Assembly (NCBI GenBank): GCA_030704615.1
Contig: JAKLZA010000212.1
Coordinates: 1 to 31,922 of the forward strand
DNA length: 31,922 bases
Direction of reading: 5' to 3'
Source: Takakia lepidozioides
Taxonomy: Eukaryota; Plantae; Bryophyta
This document shows, in pieces, positions 10,982 through 22,194 of this stretch (the first letter of the stretch is position 1; each line of letters opens with the position of its first letter). The notes below the pieces were generated by a model. The model was not told where the DNA came from. It saw nothing but the letters and a program-made list of their open reading frames with translations, and searched no databases. The translations under genes and the position numbers were made by a program.

Positions 10982-13900
10982 TTAATCTTGAAAATCATCC
11001 GAATCCTCATCCTGTTCTAGACTGTCCTGCTCCTCCTCCACCCCCTCAGTGCCTCTCTCATCTCCAGCGGACTGCTCGTTGGCCAGGCTTTCGAAAATCC
11101 CATCTTCCCCTTGCGGAACTGTCCATCTCACCTCCGTTGGGTCGTCTTCCTCCCTGTCTGCGTCGCTCTCATCCGCTGAATCACATATGTACTTTCGTAC
11201 CCGTCTACCTGTCTGAGCTGCTGCCAACTCTTTCCTTATCCTTCCGTCCTCCCTAGCCCTATCCAAAATCTGCTCTACTTTACTGGGATTCTCACTTCTT
11301 CTAATCGCTGTATTTGCGAGTTTAGCTGCATAACTAGGAAGGGAGTAGTCCCTCACCGGGCTCGTCATGAAATCGGCCCTCGCAAAGAACGGGACATTCT
11401 TCCTGGCAGGAAGTGTAGGCCCTACATGTTTCGACCCGGACCCTGCAATCCTGCACATGACAATCATCAACGAGACTAATGAGAACCACAGTCGGGAAAT
11501 TCGTTTGACATAAATGACCCAGAAGGCTTTGCAAACTTACAATGTTTGCACTCACTCGTATTCCGGGTTCTCCTCCGCATCAATGTCCACTGTGTCTTCC
11601 TCGGACTCCGACGAATCCGAGGAGACTTCCGCTCTGTCGGGAGCCTTCACATTCCGTTGCAACCCCTCCAGATGGGATCCCCACACGGATGAATCCTCCT
11701 CGTAGGCAAAGAGGTGCCGGTCGGAAAACCGCCCAGCCCACATTGAGGCACCTGTTACAATGCCATCCACACATTACCACATGGCGCTTCAGATGTTGCG
11801 AACTACATCCTAACGCGAATTTGCAGAACTGCAGAGATCAAGATTCTGCATACCTGTCCCACAGATGAGGTCGAGCACTGTGCCCTCCACGTCTGTGCAT
11901 GTCTCCATAATTGTCTGAATGAAGGCAGGGCTCCCAGTCCGTGAGTACCGCAGGGGTTCCGTTGAAGTGAGGCTATGAGGGAGAAGTTCCTTGGGAACGT
12001 TGTTGAACAGAACGTCGTAATCGAGTGGGTCGCAGTTCGGGTCAACCTTTCCTCCCTCCTTCCGGAAAGCAAAGGTGGAGTACTCCTTCACAAAGCAGTA
12101 TGCATCGAACTGCTTCGTCTGCATACACAGGGGGAAAACGATTAGAAACCGAATGCGGCACCGCATTTGAAAACACCCAAGCAAATGAATGGACGAGTGC
12201 CAGTGTCGTAATCACCTTCTTCCCTTCCGACCGAAGGCCCAGTGTGTTGATGCACGTCCACTTCTTTTTCAGAATCGGGACGGCGCTCTTGCGGGTCCAC
12301 TTCGCAATTCCTGTCTGAGTGTTTTTTCCTCTGCTCGCCAGGACAACCACACAGCCTCTGTCGTCCAACACCATGCGGGCAAGCCCGAATCCTTTCTTCC
12401 AAAAGTCCTCCGAGTACCTGTTCCAAGATGGCAAAGCTTGCAGTCCTTCCACAGGCTCTCCGTCCGGAATATCCAAGATGATCATATCGCAAGACCACTC
12501 GGTGGCATTTCCGCCCCTCCTACAATCCTTGTCTGCACACACCCTCTCAAAGAACGAGACCATATTCTGAAATCCTGGGGTGTCGGAAGGCTCTTCGGCA
12601 GTCGCCTTCTTCAGTGCTCTGCCCTTCAGACCCTCCATGGTCTTCAGGTATGCCAACTTGGCTGCCTGTCCATCCAAAACCGCCAAGAAACTTTCATTTA
12701 CACACTGGACTACAGTTTCGGGAGCCACTTTCGGCCTCTTCATTTCCACCGGCTCGAAAGGGTGCCCCCCTGGGGGGTTGAAGAGTGCCTTCTTTGCCGA
12801 GCCAGTTCTCGTGCCTCTCGTGACAACGGTGGGCACAGGGGAGGCAGCCTACGTTTGGGGGGGTGGGCTGGTTGCAAAGTCTCCATCGGAGTCCTCTTCC
12901 TCATCCTCTTCCTGAACAGGTTGTTTCTGCTTCTTCGTTTTGGCGGGTGTCACAACAGCTGCTCCTTGCTGGCGAGTCCTCTTCTTCGACCCCTTCTGTT
13001 GGGCCTGCACAGCTGCATCCACCGTCTTTTGTGCCATCTCAGCTGCCTTTCTGGATTCTTCCAGAGCAGCAGATTCCTTTGCCGACTTTGGCCCAGCAGG
13101 GACACGTCTTTCCTTTCTCTTCTCTTCTGCCAAGGCGTGCAGATCTTTCTCAGACTCGTCAACAATACCGCCAGACATGTCCAGGTACCACGGGCATCCA
13201 ACGAGATGCGCGGGATGCCATTGTTTCTGCATCTCGGGTGTGTAGACACAGCTTGGGCCCGCCACGGTCCAAGCCATGAAGAATGGGGGCTCTTGAGCCA
13301 GGGCCCCTGGCTGAAGGAGCACGTATTTCATATACCTGCAAGGCAGTCAGCATGCGTGAGCAAAAGTTGAGACCAACCTACTCGCAGAGTGCCACCGAAA
13401 ACATAAAATGCGAATGCGGTGCCGCATTTCCGAGACAAACCTCGTAACCAGGCTTCGCATACAAGGGCAGCTGTGCTTCACCTGTAAACAATTCGCATTG
13501 CAGCTTTCCCCGCTCCCTCCTGATGTGTAAACTCCACGCTCCTTCTTGCTGTCTGTAGCTCTCTGGCGAAAAGGTTGTCCTTGTACGCACATCTGAAACG
13601 TGTCACGTAGTCTTCCAATGTCTGTGTTCCATCCCATTTGACGTACAAGCCGAACGAATTTGTGTGCATTACGACTTGCTCCTTCGCATTCGACATTACC
13701 TGCGATTCCCAAATCCATTGTCACGTAGCAGTTCAGGGAATTCATGTCAGAAAAGCAAATCTGGGGAAGTACCTTGAATTACCTGGAACCACCAAGTCAT
13801 ACGGTTGAGCCACACATCCACTACAGGGTCGGAAACTTCCAGTGGAAAAGACCACATTGTCCTTATGCTCTCGGATGCATTCCAGATCGACAGCCACCGT

Positions 13901-15916
13901 GTCTGCCATTTCCGATCCAATGTCAGGAGCTGGAAGAGAGTGGCTATTGCTAGGAAGGAACTTCAGTGCATTGAAACCTCACCTTCTCTTTCGCCTCCAC
14001 ATATGCCGTTGAGAGGTGATGCAATTTCTCCAATTGCATGGTCGGCTGCATGGCCCGAGAATAGTGTTTTGCAATCTCGGGGATGAAGTCCTTTCCAAGT
14101 GCCGGATCTGCAATTGCCACCAGCTTCACAAGCTTTGACTTGTATTTGGTTCTGGACTTGACACCGGCTTCCTTCAAGTGCTCAGTCAATGACTGCAACG
14201 TTTTGACCTGCCCCTCACTTTCCATGAAGAAGCGTTTGGCATGGGCCAAATCCAGCTTGATGTTTGACTGCCAACAAAAACATGCAGAAGCGTTACATTC
14301 GATTCATGTGGAAACATTACTGAAAATTGGGGAAGGATGAGCAGAGGGAAATTGGAGTACGACTTACTTCGTATATCACCTCCACCATTCCATCCATAGT
14401 GAGACGATACCATGTCCGGTCTGTTTTTGCAACGGCTTTCTGAATGAGCTCGGGCTCCAGCATTTCCGCAAACATCTGCGGATCAGTGAGACCAGTTTTC
14501 CTCACCCTGTACAGCATGTGTGCCATGTGGGTATGCACGTACGCATTCTCAGTGACCCTGCAAGGCACACTCTCCAGTTCAGTACACGGAAGCACGGAAA
14601 ATGGAAACCGAAATGCGGCACCGCATTTCGAACGTGCTAGGGAGGGTATGAGTATCTTACGAGTTGAGGTCCGCCATGGCATTCTTGAGCAGGGAGGAGT
14701 CTGCCGCCTTCACCTTGAGGATGACACACTCCACCATGTAATGCCAGCCAATGTGCTTGGCATGGTTCTGCTTGATGTACTCCCACCAGGCGAGAAGTCG
14801 GTGATTCCCGTCCCACACAAAGAACATTTTACCCGACATATGGCCGAAGTCTGGATCACCCTTCAGCGTCGCCTCGAATTCGTGGTTGCGAGTGTGCCAG
14901 TGGGTATCCCACATTGACAATTCATCGGCAGTGGGTCCACGAGTTTCGCCGTCCTCATTCTCAATGGAAACGTAAAACGCTGCCGATCCTAGACGGTACC
15001 CTTCTCGAAATGCGAACTTGAGCTTATCCACATCTCCGGGAAGGGCCTGCCTGACGATGGGAAGGGAGACCATGCAACAGAGTGGGATTCGAAGAGTCCG
15101 CTGGAATACCCTGCTACCCAGAACTCTGCCAATGCTACTGTGTGTCTCCTCCAACATTTTATCCGCTGCACTTTTGAAATCCTCCGGAGACATGTCTGTA
15201 GGTGCCGGTAGTGGCTGAGCAGCTGGAGCATCCTCAACTGGAGCTGCACTCTGGGGCCTGTCTGCGGGCAATTCTGCCATTGCAGAGGCCTCCTCCGGGC
15301 CTGCTTGCTCATCGGTGGTGAGGTCTTGCTGCGAACATTGAGCGGCAGCAACCCCCTCCGGTACCAAATCGAGATCAACGGTCGATCCCATTGCCTTCGC
15401 TGCAGCAGAGTCGGCCCCAACATCTGCAGGCGGGAAATCCTCCAGGAACTGAGCTTCAGCTCGTGGAAGCGGTTTTGCGGGAGATTGTTCGCCCGTCGCC
15501 CTGATTGCCTTCTGCTTCCTCATCCTTGCAGGTGAAGGTGTCTGCTGCAATTGAATCTGTCTTCTACCCTGCTGCTTCATTCGCGTTGGGGGGGGTGAAT
15601 CGGCCTGAGCCGGTTCAGAAGCCAGTAGAGGGACGGGCTGCTTTTTCTTTGACTTTGCTAGAGAAGGGCCCGACCCCTGCTGGCGATTCTCCATGACCGA
15701 AGAACGCGAGTCAATCTCTGGGACTTTGAACTTGCCCTTCGAAGACGCGTCTTTGAATCGCAGAGGGCTAGGCCCGGCAGGAATACCCGCGCTCGGGGAT
15801 CGGGTGGGTGTACGTGCTGCAGCTAGCTCCTCGGACTCTTCCTGCGGCTCTTCGGATTCCTGCGATCCCTCCAGCACGTCCACCTTTCCTGTTAGGCATG
15901 CAAACATGTTCTGCAT
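10982..15916 (-). pseudogene. Spliced gene (at least 8 exons) for a ParB/Srx-like domain plus beta-class N4-cytosine/N6-adenine DNA methyltransferase-like fusion; this copy has one frameshift and one in-frame stop
   Basis: Phase-consistent GT-AG model: ~15.9k-14661, 14557-14368, 14267-13783, 13699-13482, 13335-12216, 12118-11854, 11751-11556, 11450-10982. Motifs: FFVWDGNHRLLAW (14798-14812), CDMIILDIPDG (motif IV-like, 12462-12473) and, across the 11853-11752 intron, TVLDLICGTGASMWAGRFSDRHLFAYEED (motif I-II). Frameshift ~13950; TAG at 12849-12851. The 5' end is uncertain. Confidence 0.8.
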
Positions 15917-16091
15917 TCAAATCTCCTAGCATTCAGTCTAAGAATTACAGAAGCAAAATGGGGGTTCGGTGCTCGATCAGCTGCGCGCAGCCCGATCGCA
16001 TGGAGCTCTCACTGGTGGCTGGGTTGCCTGAGTGGCCTGCTGCTCGGAGATGGCAATCTCCTCCCGGAAAGTGTGAAGGTCTCACATGGAT

Positions 16092-17315
16092 GGAAATGCG
16101 GCAACACATTTTCGTAGCACAGCTCCAGGCCCAATATAGAAAACGGAAATGCGGCGCCGCATTTCCGTTTTAGAATGTCGGAAGGTGCGACTCGAATGGA
16201 AATGCGGTGCCGGATTTCTGTTCCCGCTGCGCACGATTTTCAGTCAGAATGGAAATGCGGTACCGCATTTCCGTTCTGTAGAGTATTAACGTCTGACGCT
16301 GGCGGAAATGCCGTGCCGCATTTTCGTTCCACAGCTCCATGCCTCACATACAAAACGGAAATGCGGCGCCGCATTTCCGTTTGGAATGTCGGAAGGTGCG
16401 ACTCCGACGGAAATGCGGTACCGCATTTCAGTTCCGATGTTTCAGGATATTCATCAGAACGGAAATGCGGTGCCGCATTTCCCTTTGAATCTAATACATT
16501 CCGTTCTGGAATGTTGGGAGGTGCAACTCGGATGGAAATGCGCTGCCGCATTTCAGTTCCGACGGTTCACGATTTTCAGTCAGAACGGAAATGCGGTACC
16601 GCATTTCCGTTCTGGAATGTTGGTAGGTGCGACTCGGATGGAAATACGGTGCCGCATTTTAGTTCAGATGGTTCACGATTTTCAGTCAGAACGGAAATGC
16701 GTTGCCGCATTTCCGTTCTGGATAGTATGAATGTCTCAAGCGGTCGGAATTGCGCTGTATGAAGCTGTCGGAATCGCACTCGGCTCCATGCATCAGATAC
16801 AAAATGGAAATGCGGCGCCGCATTTCCGTTCTGGAATGTCGAAAAGTGCGACTCGGACGGAAATGCGGTGCCGCATTTCTGTTCCCGTTGTTCATAAATC
16901 TCAATCAGAACGGAAATGCGGTACCGCATACCGCTGCATTTCCGTTTTTGGAGAGTATGAATGCTTTTAAGGACGGAAATGTGCTGCAGCATTTCAATCC
17001 CTCAGCTCCATGCATCAGATACAAAATGGAAATGCGGCGCCGCTTTTCCGTTCTGAAATGTCGGAAAAGTGCGACTCGGACGGAAATGCGGTGCCGCATT
17101 TCTGTTCCCGTTGTTCATAAATCTCAATCAGAACGGAAATGCGGTACTGCATTTCCGTTCGACCTTCACATACCGTGCTTGCTGGATGGAAATGCGTTAC
17201 CGCATTTCCGTTCTGGAGAGTATAAAGGTTTCCCCCGGACGGAAACTCGGTGCCGCATTTCCGTCGCTCTGGTGCATGACCAAGATGCAATACGGAAATG
17301 CGGCGCCGTATTTCC
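16092..17315. repeat. Palindrome array 2: about 22 copies on a 53-bp period with higher-order spacer reuse, in the region between the divergent genes
   Basis: T positions 16097, 16150, 16203, 16256, 16309, 16362, 16414, 16466, 16539, 16592, 16645, 16698, 16811, 16864, 16917, 16980, 17033, 17087, 17140, 17193, 17246 and 17299. Confidence 0.95.
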
Positions 17316-17953
17316 GTCCACCAGCAATCGAAAGAATCACTCGAGACGGGAAATCTGGAACCTGAATGGGTTGCATTGTTCCGAAACAACACAATTGCGG
17401 CCAGTCTTGATGAGCACAACTTGGTTGTCTGACCGTTTTAACCAGCAGTCCTGGCACTTGTCAGTGCGAACGTTCCTGTCTGCACCGAGAATACTGCTGG
17501 ATCCACCCTCAGGAGAAACTGTCAGGAGATGTTATTTCGTCGCCGAATCGGCCATCATTGTCATACTCACTGGCTATGGAATCAAACCTCCCACCTTCAT
17601 GCATGTAGCTTGAAACAATACTTTCCACTTCAATGTGCGACTTCCAATCGTCGATGGACTCCGCAGATCCACTTAGATGGTGCCTGTGAGCCTTGGTCTG
17701 TCGCTATACTGAACCTCGCACTTGCCAACTCCGTGCGGTGTTCGATTGCTCCGAATTCCTACGCTATAGTTTGCTGTCCTCCGCAACTTGGGAGAGCCTG
17801 GATCCCAAACGAGGGAGGACTTTGCAGAGTGACTGAAACTTACCTTTGTTCCAAATTCAAGCTCAAACCGGGCACAGTTTATTTGGAAGAAGAAAGGAAG
17901 GATGTTCCTGGACAGGTTGACGAGACCATTGTCGTGCTAGGTAACGACGGAGG

Positions 17954-20900
17954 TTGCGGAATCGAATGGCACGTTCCCCCGTCAGACACCATCCTGTACG
18001 AGCTGTGGGAATGCCCATTCCCTTTCCGAATCAGTCGCTGCCCACACCATCCACAAAGGAGTCCGGAAACCGAGAGGCGGCCACTGCCAACAGAGAGGTA
18101 TGCAACGATAATCATTCCCGACCTGGACCGTCAAGACCCTCCATAGCTTCTCGTGTGGACGTATTCGACATTTCCGACGAGGAAGATGATTGCATTGAGG
18201 TACCCATGTCCTCCACACGGTCGTTCAAATCCGGCATGGACGTCTCTGTAGGTGCTACGCATGTGCCCTCGAGCATAACTCCAACCCGGTCCATTGTGCA
18301 GCTCCTACGACAACATCACCTCGATGGTTCTCGCTCCGAGCTGGCTGCTCTCGACTATGCCAAATTCCCAGTCAGAAAGGTAACTTTTCTGCCTCCCGAA
18401 GTCGATGGCAATGTCATCTTCGAGTTTCCACCTGTTTCTTCGTCAAAGAAAGCCTCCGGGATGTTAACAGACATGGATCGAAAGCATGACGGACACCCCT
18501 GGTGTGTGACGAAGACCAGTAGCACGAAAATTGCTGATGGTGTTCGTGTACGATATGTCCTCTGTGCGGGGAAGCTGAGGTGCCTCAATCCCACCTGCTT
18601 CCATTTTCTCTTCAAAGGAGGGCGGAGAAACGAGACGGATTGGACTGGCACAATGCATCATCCATTCATTGTCTCCAGCCAAGCTCCTGCGGGTTCTTTC
18701 AAGTGTGCACATTGCAAAGAACCACCGACGTGCATGTCCATGTGCAGAGCCAAGCAATACTACGTTATCCATTTGCTCCCGGACTTGACTAGAGCTTGCA
18801 TACACGTTGGGGTCCACTGCCACCCCTTGGCGAGAGGCAACATGCGTGAGGCTGTGCAGGAAGCACACGACATCATAAAAGAGGAGGTGAAATTGAGCCC
18901 CGGAGCCAGACCAAAGCAGATTCAGCTGAAGGCAGCCCACAAGATTGCTCTTGGCAAAATCATGTCTGAAGATGGTTCCGACCGAGAGCCCTTGACCGAA
19001 GACGAGATGCTGACCTCTTGGAGTCCGTCTCGCACGTTTGTAGTCCGAATGTGCGGAATCACATCGTATCTTGCAAGCAGGAGTTCGGCAGGGGTCGGAC
19101 ATGTACTCAATCCTGGAGGTGAAACGAATGACTGGATATGACTACATCCAAGGTAGCAGGTTTCCAGGGCAAGGCAGCGAATCCGATCGTTGTTACATTT
19201 TCAAAATGTCGACGTGTGGGCCTGGGAGTGGAGTCGACTTGGTCACTCGCATGACAACTGGAAACTTGTCGAATGCTTGGGTGATGTTTGATCACATCAA
19301 GCGAATTACAAACCATCAGTGGGTGACTATGGGTGCGCATGTTTATGACTATCACTCCAAGAGGCTCATGACGATTGCAATCTGCGAGATGAAAGGGGAG
19401 GACACACAGTCCGAGATGCATCTGTGGGAGGGCATAAACGAGCAGATGGCAAGGGCGGGATTGCCAGAGCCCAATTTCAGGGGATTCATGGCAGACAACG
19501 CTCAGGCCAACTGGGCAGCGGTGCGGCGTGTGTACGGTGAGGACCCCAATGTTCCAATGGAGGGGAAAGAGAGATCCTGTGGATTCCATTGGATGCAGAG
19601 TCTATCCCACTACACTACCAAATTTGTTGCTAGCTCATTCCAGGCTGAACACCGTGTCCTTTGTACGGCGTGGAAGGATGCACCCACATTTGATGACGCG
19701 GAGGTTAAGTTTGCTATCATCGAGGCTTGGTGGAACACGTCAGGTGCAGTGGAGACAACCAATCTGGGAGCATTGCACAGCTGGTTGGGGTGGTGGCATT
19801 TTCGGTATCGACAGTTCGGACAGTACATGCGGGAGGTAGGCTGCTGTCAATTTTCGTTCATTTGTCTTTCTGTTACGGACATTTCGATTGGTCCCTCACC
19901 GTTGTTTGTGTCCTTCTAGGAGCGGTGCTTGGATTCCGACACGGACATGCCGAACACGAATATGGCAGAATCGGTCCACTCCTCCTGGCGAGCGTCTTCT
20001 GCCGCACATCTGGTGGACGTAGTGACGGCCACAACGGAGGACATCGACAGAGCAATCATGCAGCAAGCCACGTACTACAAGTTCCTGACGGCAAACAATG
20101 GGGCTTTGGGCCGGACAGGGAGGAATTGTTGGTACGAACAGCTTCGAGGTCCAAGAATCCAGTGAAATGGGCGACAGCAATTGCGAGAGAAGATCAAAGG
20201 GACGCCTCTGCACCGCAGAGGTGAACACCTAGAGGGGACGTCCGGACTCGCCCCTGTCAGGCGGAGGATTGAAGAGGAACCCGGGTGCGAGAGGATTCCT
20301 GGAGATCCGACAGGAACATTCGACAGCACCTCGAGGTCCCGTCATGTTGCCGCAGCAAATGTGTCTTCCAGCAGTGGAAGCCCAAGAAATTCCAGATCGC
20401 CGTCGCCTTCAACGGGGATTTCGTGCAACAAATTCCCACCGCTCCCTTGCCCCACATTCCGCCCGCTGTTATGCAGTCATGGCCAAGCCATTGTGGAGAC
20501 GACTGTGTCTGCTCACAGTGGAGAATGCCGCAAAGAGTCGTTTCGATGAAGGTGTTCCGAATTCGTGTGGATACACGGCAACGTTGTTTAGAGATGATAA
20601 GGAGGAATCCAGATTGGGCTTGTCCCTGTCCTACTTTTACAGGAAGATTGTCCATGCAAAGTTTGAGGAGGCGACAACCACCCAGTTCTGGTTCTGCAGG
20701 CACGACATTATGACTTTGCGTGTATGGAAGCCCAAGTACGGCATACAGACAATGCCAGAGGCTCCCCCGGTGTGTGGCCGGTGGAACCAGGCAGCGATCT
20801 GAGTCAGGTTGAGGCCGACGCCCTTACCGCCGCAGGATTTCGGATGGTGCAGCGCACTGACGTGCCCAGACAACCATTTCCGCTTCCACAGCCCCCCACC

Positions 20901-21340
20901 GACCCTGTGAGAGCAAAGAACAATGGGAACGACAGCTCTAAGCATCCTACACACCGTTGGGGGAAACCGAAGAGGCGGCGACCTCCCTCAAAGTGAACGA
21001 GACAAGGATGGGAATGCACTTCGGATGAATGAACGTACAATCCAGAGCTCGACAGAAGTGCCCCCACCAGGATCGGGCGTGTGGATCAGATGGCCACGGC
21101 GGGCTCAGCTGTTCGCAAGAGGTGTACACCATCACCATTTCAGAATTACCCACCTGCAATTGCACCGACTTCCAGATCATGGCGAAACAAGGGGGCATCA
21201 TACTGCCCTTGCAAGCATTTGTACTACGTGTACTAAAGAGACTCCGTTGTAATTCCACAACTCATCACTTCATACATGCACCAGGGTTGAGCCCCCAGGA
21301 GGTTCACACTCTTCTGAATATGGATCCAGGGGACCAGTGA
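17954..21340 (+). pseudogene. Mutator-like DDE transposase with Cys/His-rich (GCM-like) N-terminal domain and C-terminal SWIM finger; frameshifted
   Basis: Contains WVMFDH, GFMADNAQA, SCGFHWMQS (CxxH) and, after an 84-bp phase-0 GT-AG intron (19836-19919), PNTNMAESVH (third acidic residue). The SWIM-type PTCNCTDF...YCPCKHLYYV at ~21150-21230 is split by a frameshift. Other frameshifts occur near 19010-19095 and 20100-20190. Coding may begin upstream (~17750). Confidence 0.85.
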
Positions 21341-22089
21341 GCTTGGCTTGCGGTCCACATACAATGGTACGCCCATCCTTTTCGGATAGTAGAACTGTAC
21401 TGCTGCCAGTACCTCAGACTCTGGCCACACAAAGGTCCGACATATGTCTGCCTACCAGTAACCTGTTTTGATCGAACTAAGATATTACGAATATCGTTCA
21501 CTTGTTTCCACGTGCATGTATTTTTGTATGTTGGAGGGTTCATGTTTTTCTGCTTTCCGAAAACTTGCTCTCCTCATTCGACCTCTGACAAGGAAATGCG
21601 GCGCCGAATTTCCAAGTATCGTCGTAGGTACCCCCAGAGGCGGCCTTCGGCCAACACCAAACCGCTCCGAAAATTCGCACGTGCGAACCCTAATGCGGCC
21701 ACCCTATTTCCCAGTTCAGTTGCAAACCTTTTCCGCCGAATACCCGAAGAAGACAGAATTGTGTGAAGTACTGCAGACTGTATTGGTGCAGACTCCATTG
21801 GTTCAATCGCGGCAAAAGGGTCAGCTTCATTCCAATGTTAAGGCATGTAAAACCGCGGAATACTCTATACAGGCCAGTATGCGACGTCCTTTTGCAGTGG
21901 TATACTGGATTTCCCGTTGCACGGTCACTTATTTCCATGAGCGGATCTATAAAACCATGAGCGGACTTGTTACTGACGACATATCTTCGCCGCATTACAT
22001 GATCTGGAACGTCCAAAACGGCAAGGTCAAATAAAAAAACTATTATTTTAATACTTGTTTAACTGCCGCATTTCCAAATTTGGAGGAGT

Positions 22090-22194
22090 CCGCTCATGAA
22101 ATCCGCGTATCTTAGACTTCGGCTCAACGCTCATGCGGCTCATGCGGCTCATGGCTCATGGCTCATGGTTTCTGCTCATGAAATAGTAAACCTC
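22090..22194 (-). repeat. Right terminal inverted repeat containing tandem GCTCATG heptamers
   Basis: gctcatg...gctcatgcggctcatgcggctcatggctcatggctcatggtttctgctcatgaaatagtaaacctc is the reverse complement of the left-end pattern. Confidence 0.75.

Larger units (their letters stand above)
7701..22194. mobile_element. ~14.5 kb Mutator-like (MULE) DNA transposon with cargo genes
   Basis: Imperfect TIRs (GGGGGCTGCTATTTCATGAGC... versus reverse complement GAGGTTTACTATTTCATGAGC...), an internal MULE DDE/SWIM transposase, and an element-specific palindrome present from ~8977 to ~22075 and not seen outside. No TSD visible. Confidence 0.8.

Noticed and set aside
10070-11020. Many short ORFs with MRCRIS / KCGAAF / GNAAPHF repeats (also 16175-17613)
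   Set aside because: These are translations of the palindrome in all six frames on both strands, with no independent coding evidence.
12189-13370. 393-aa plus-strand ORF
   Set aside because: It is the antisense shadow of the long exon of the minus-strand ParB-MTase-like gene and has no recognisable motifs.
10982-15916. Bacterial or phage contamination as the source of the ParB-methylase gene
   Set aside because: The gene is split by seven GT-AG introns and lies inside a eukaryotic transposon among LINE and LTR remnants.
16092-17315. CRISPR array (22-bp palindromic repeat with ~31-bp spacers)
   Set aside because: The spacers recur as a few related types rather than being unique, the repeats are degenerate and also occur singly in spliceosomal introns, no cas genes are present, and the context is eukaryotic.
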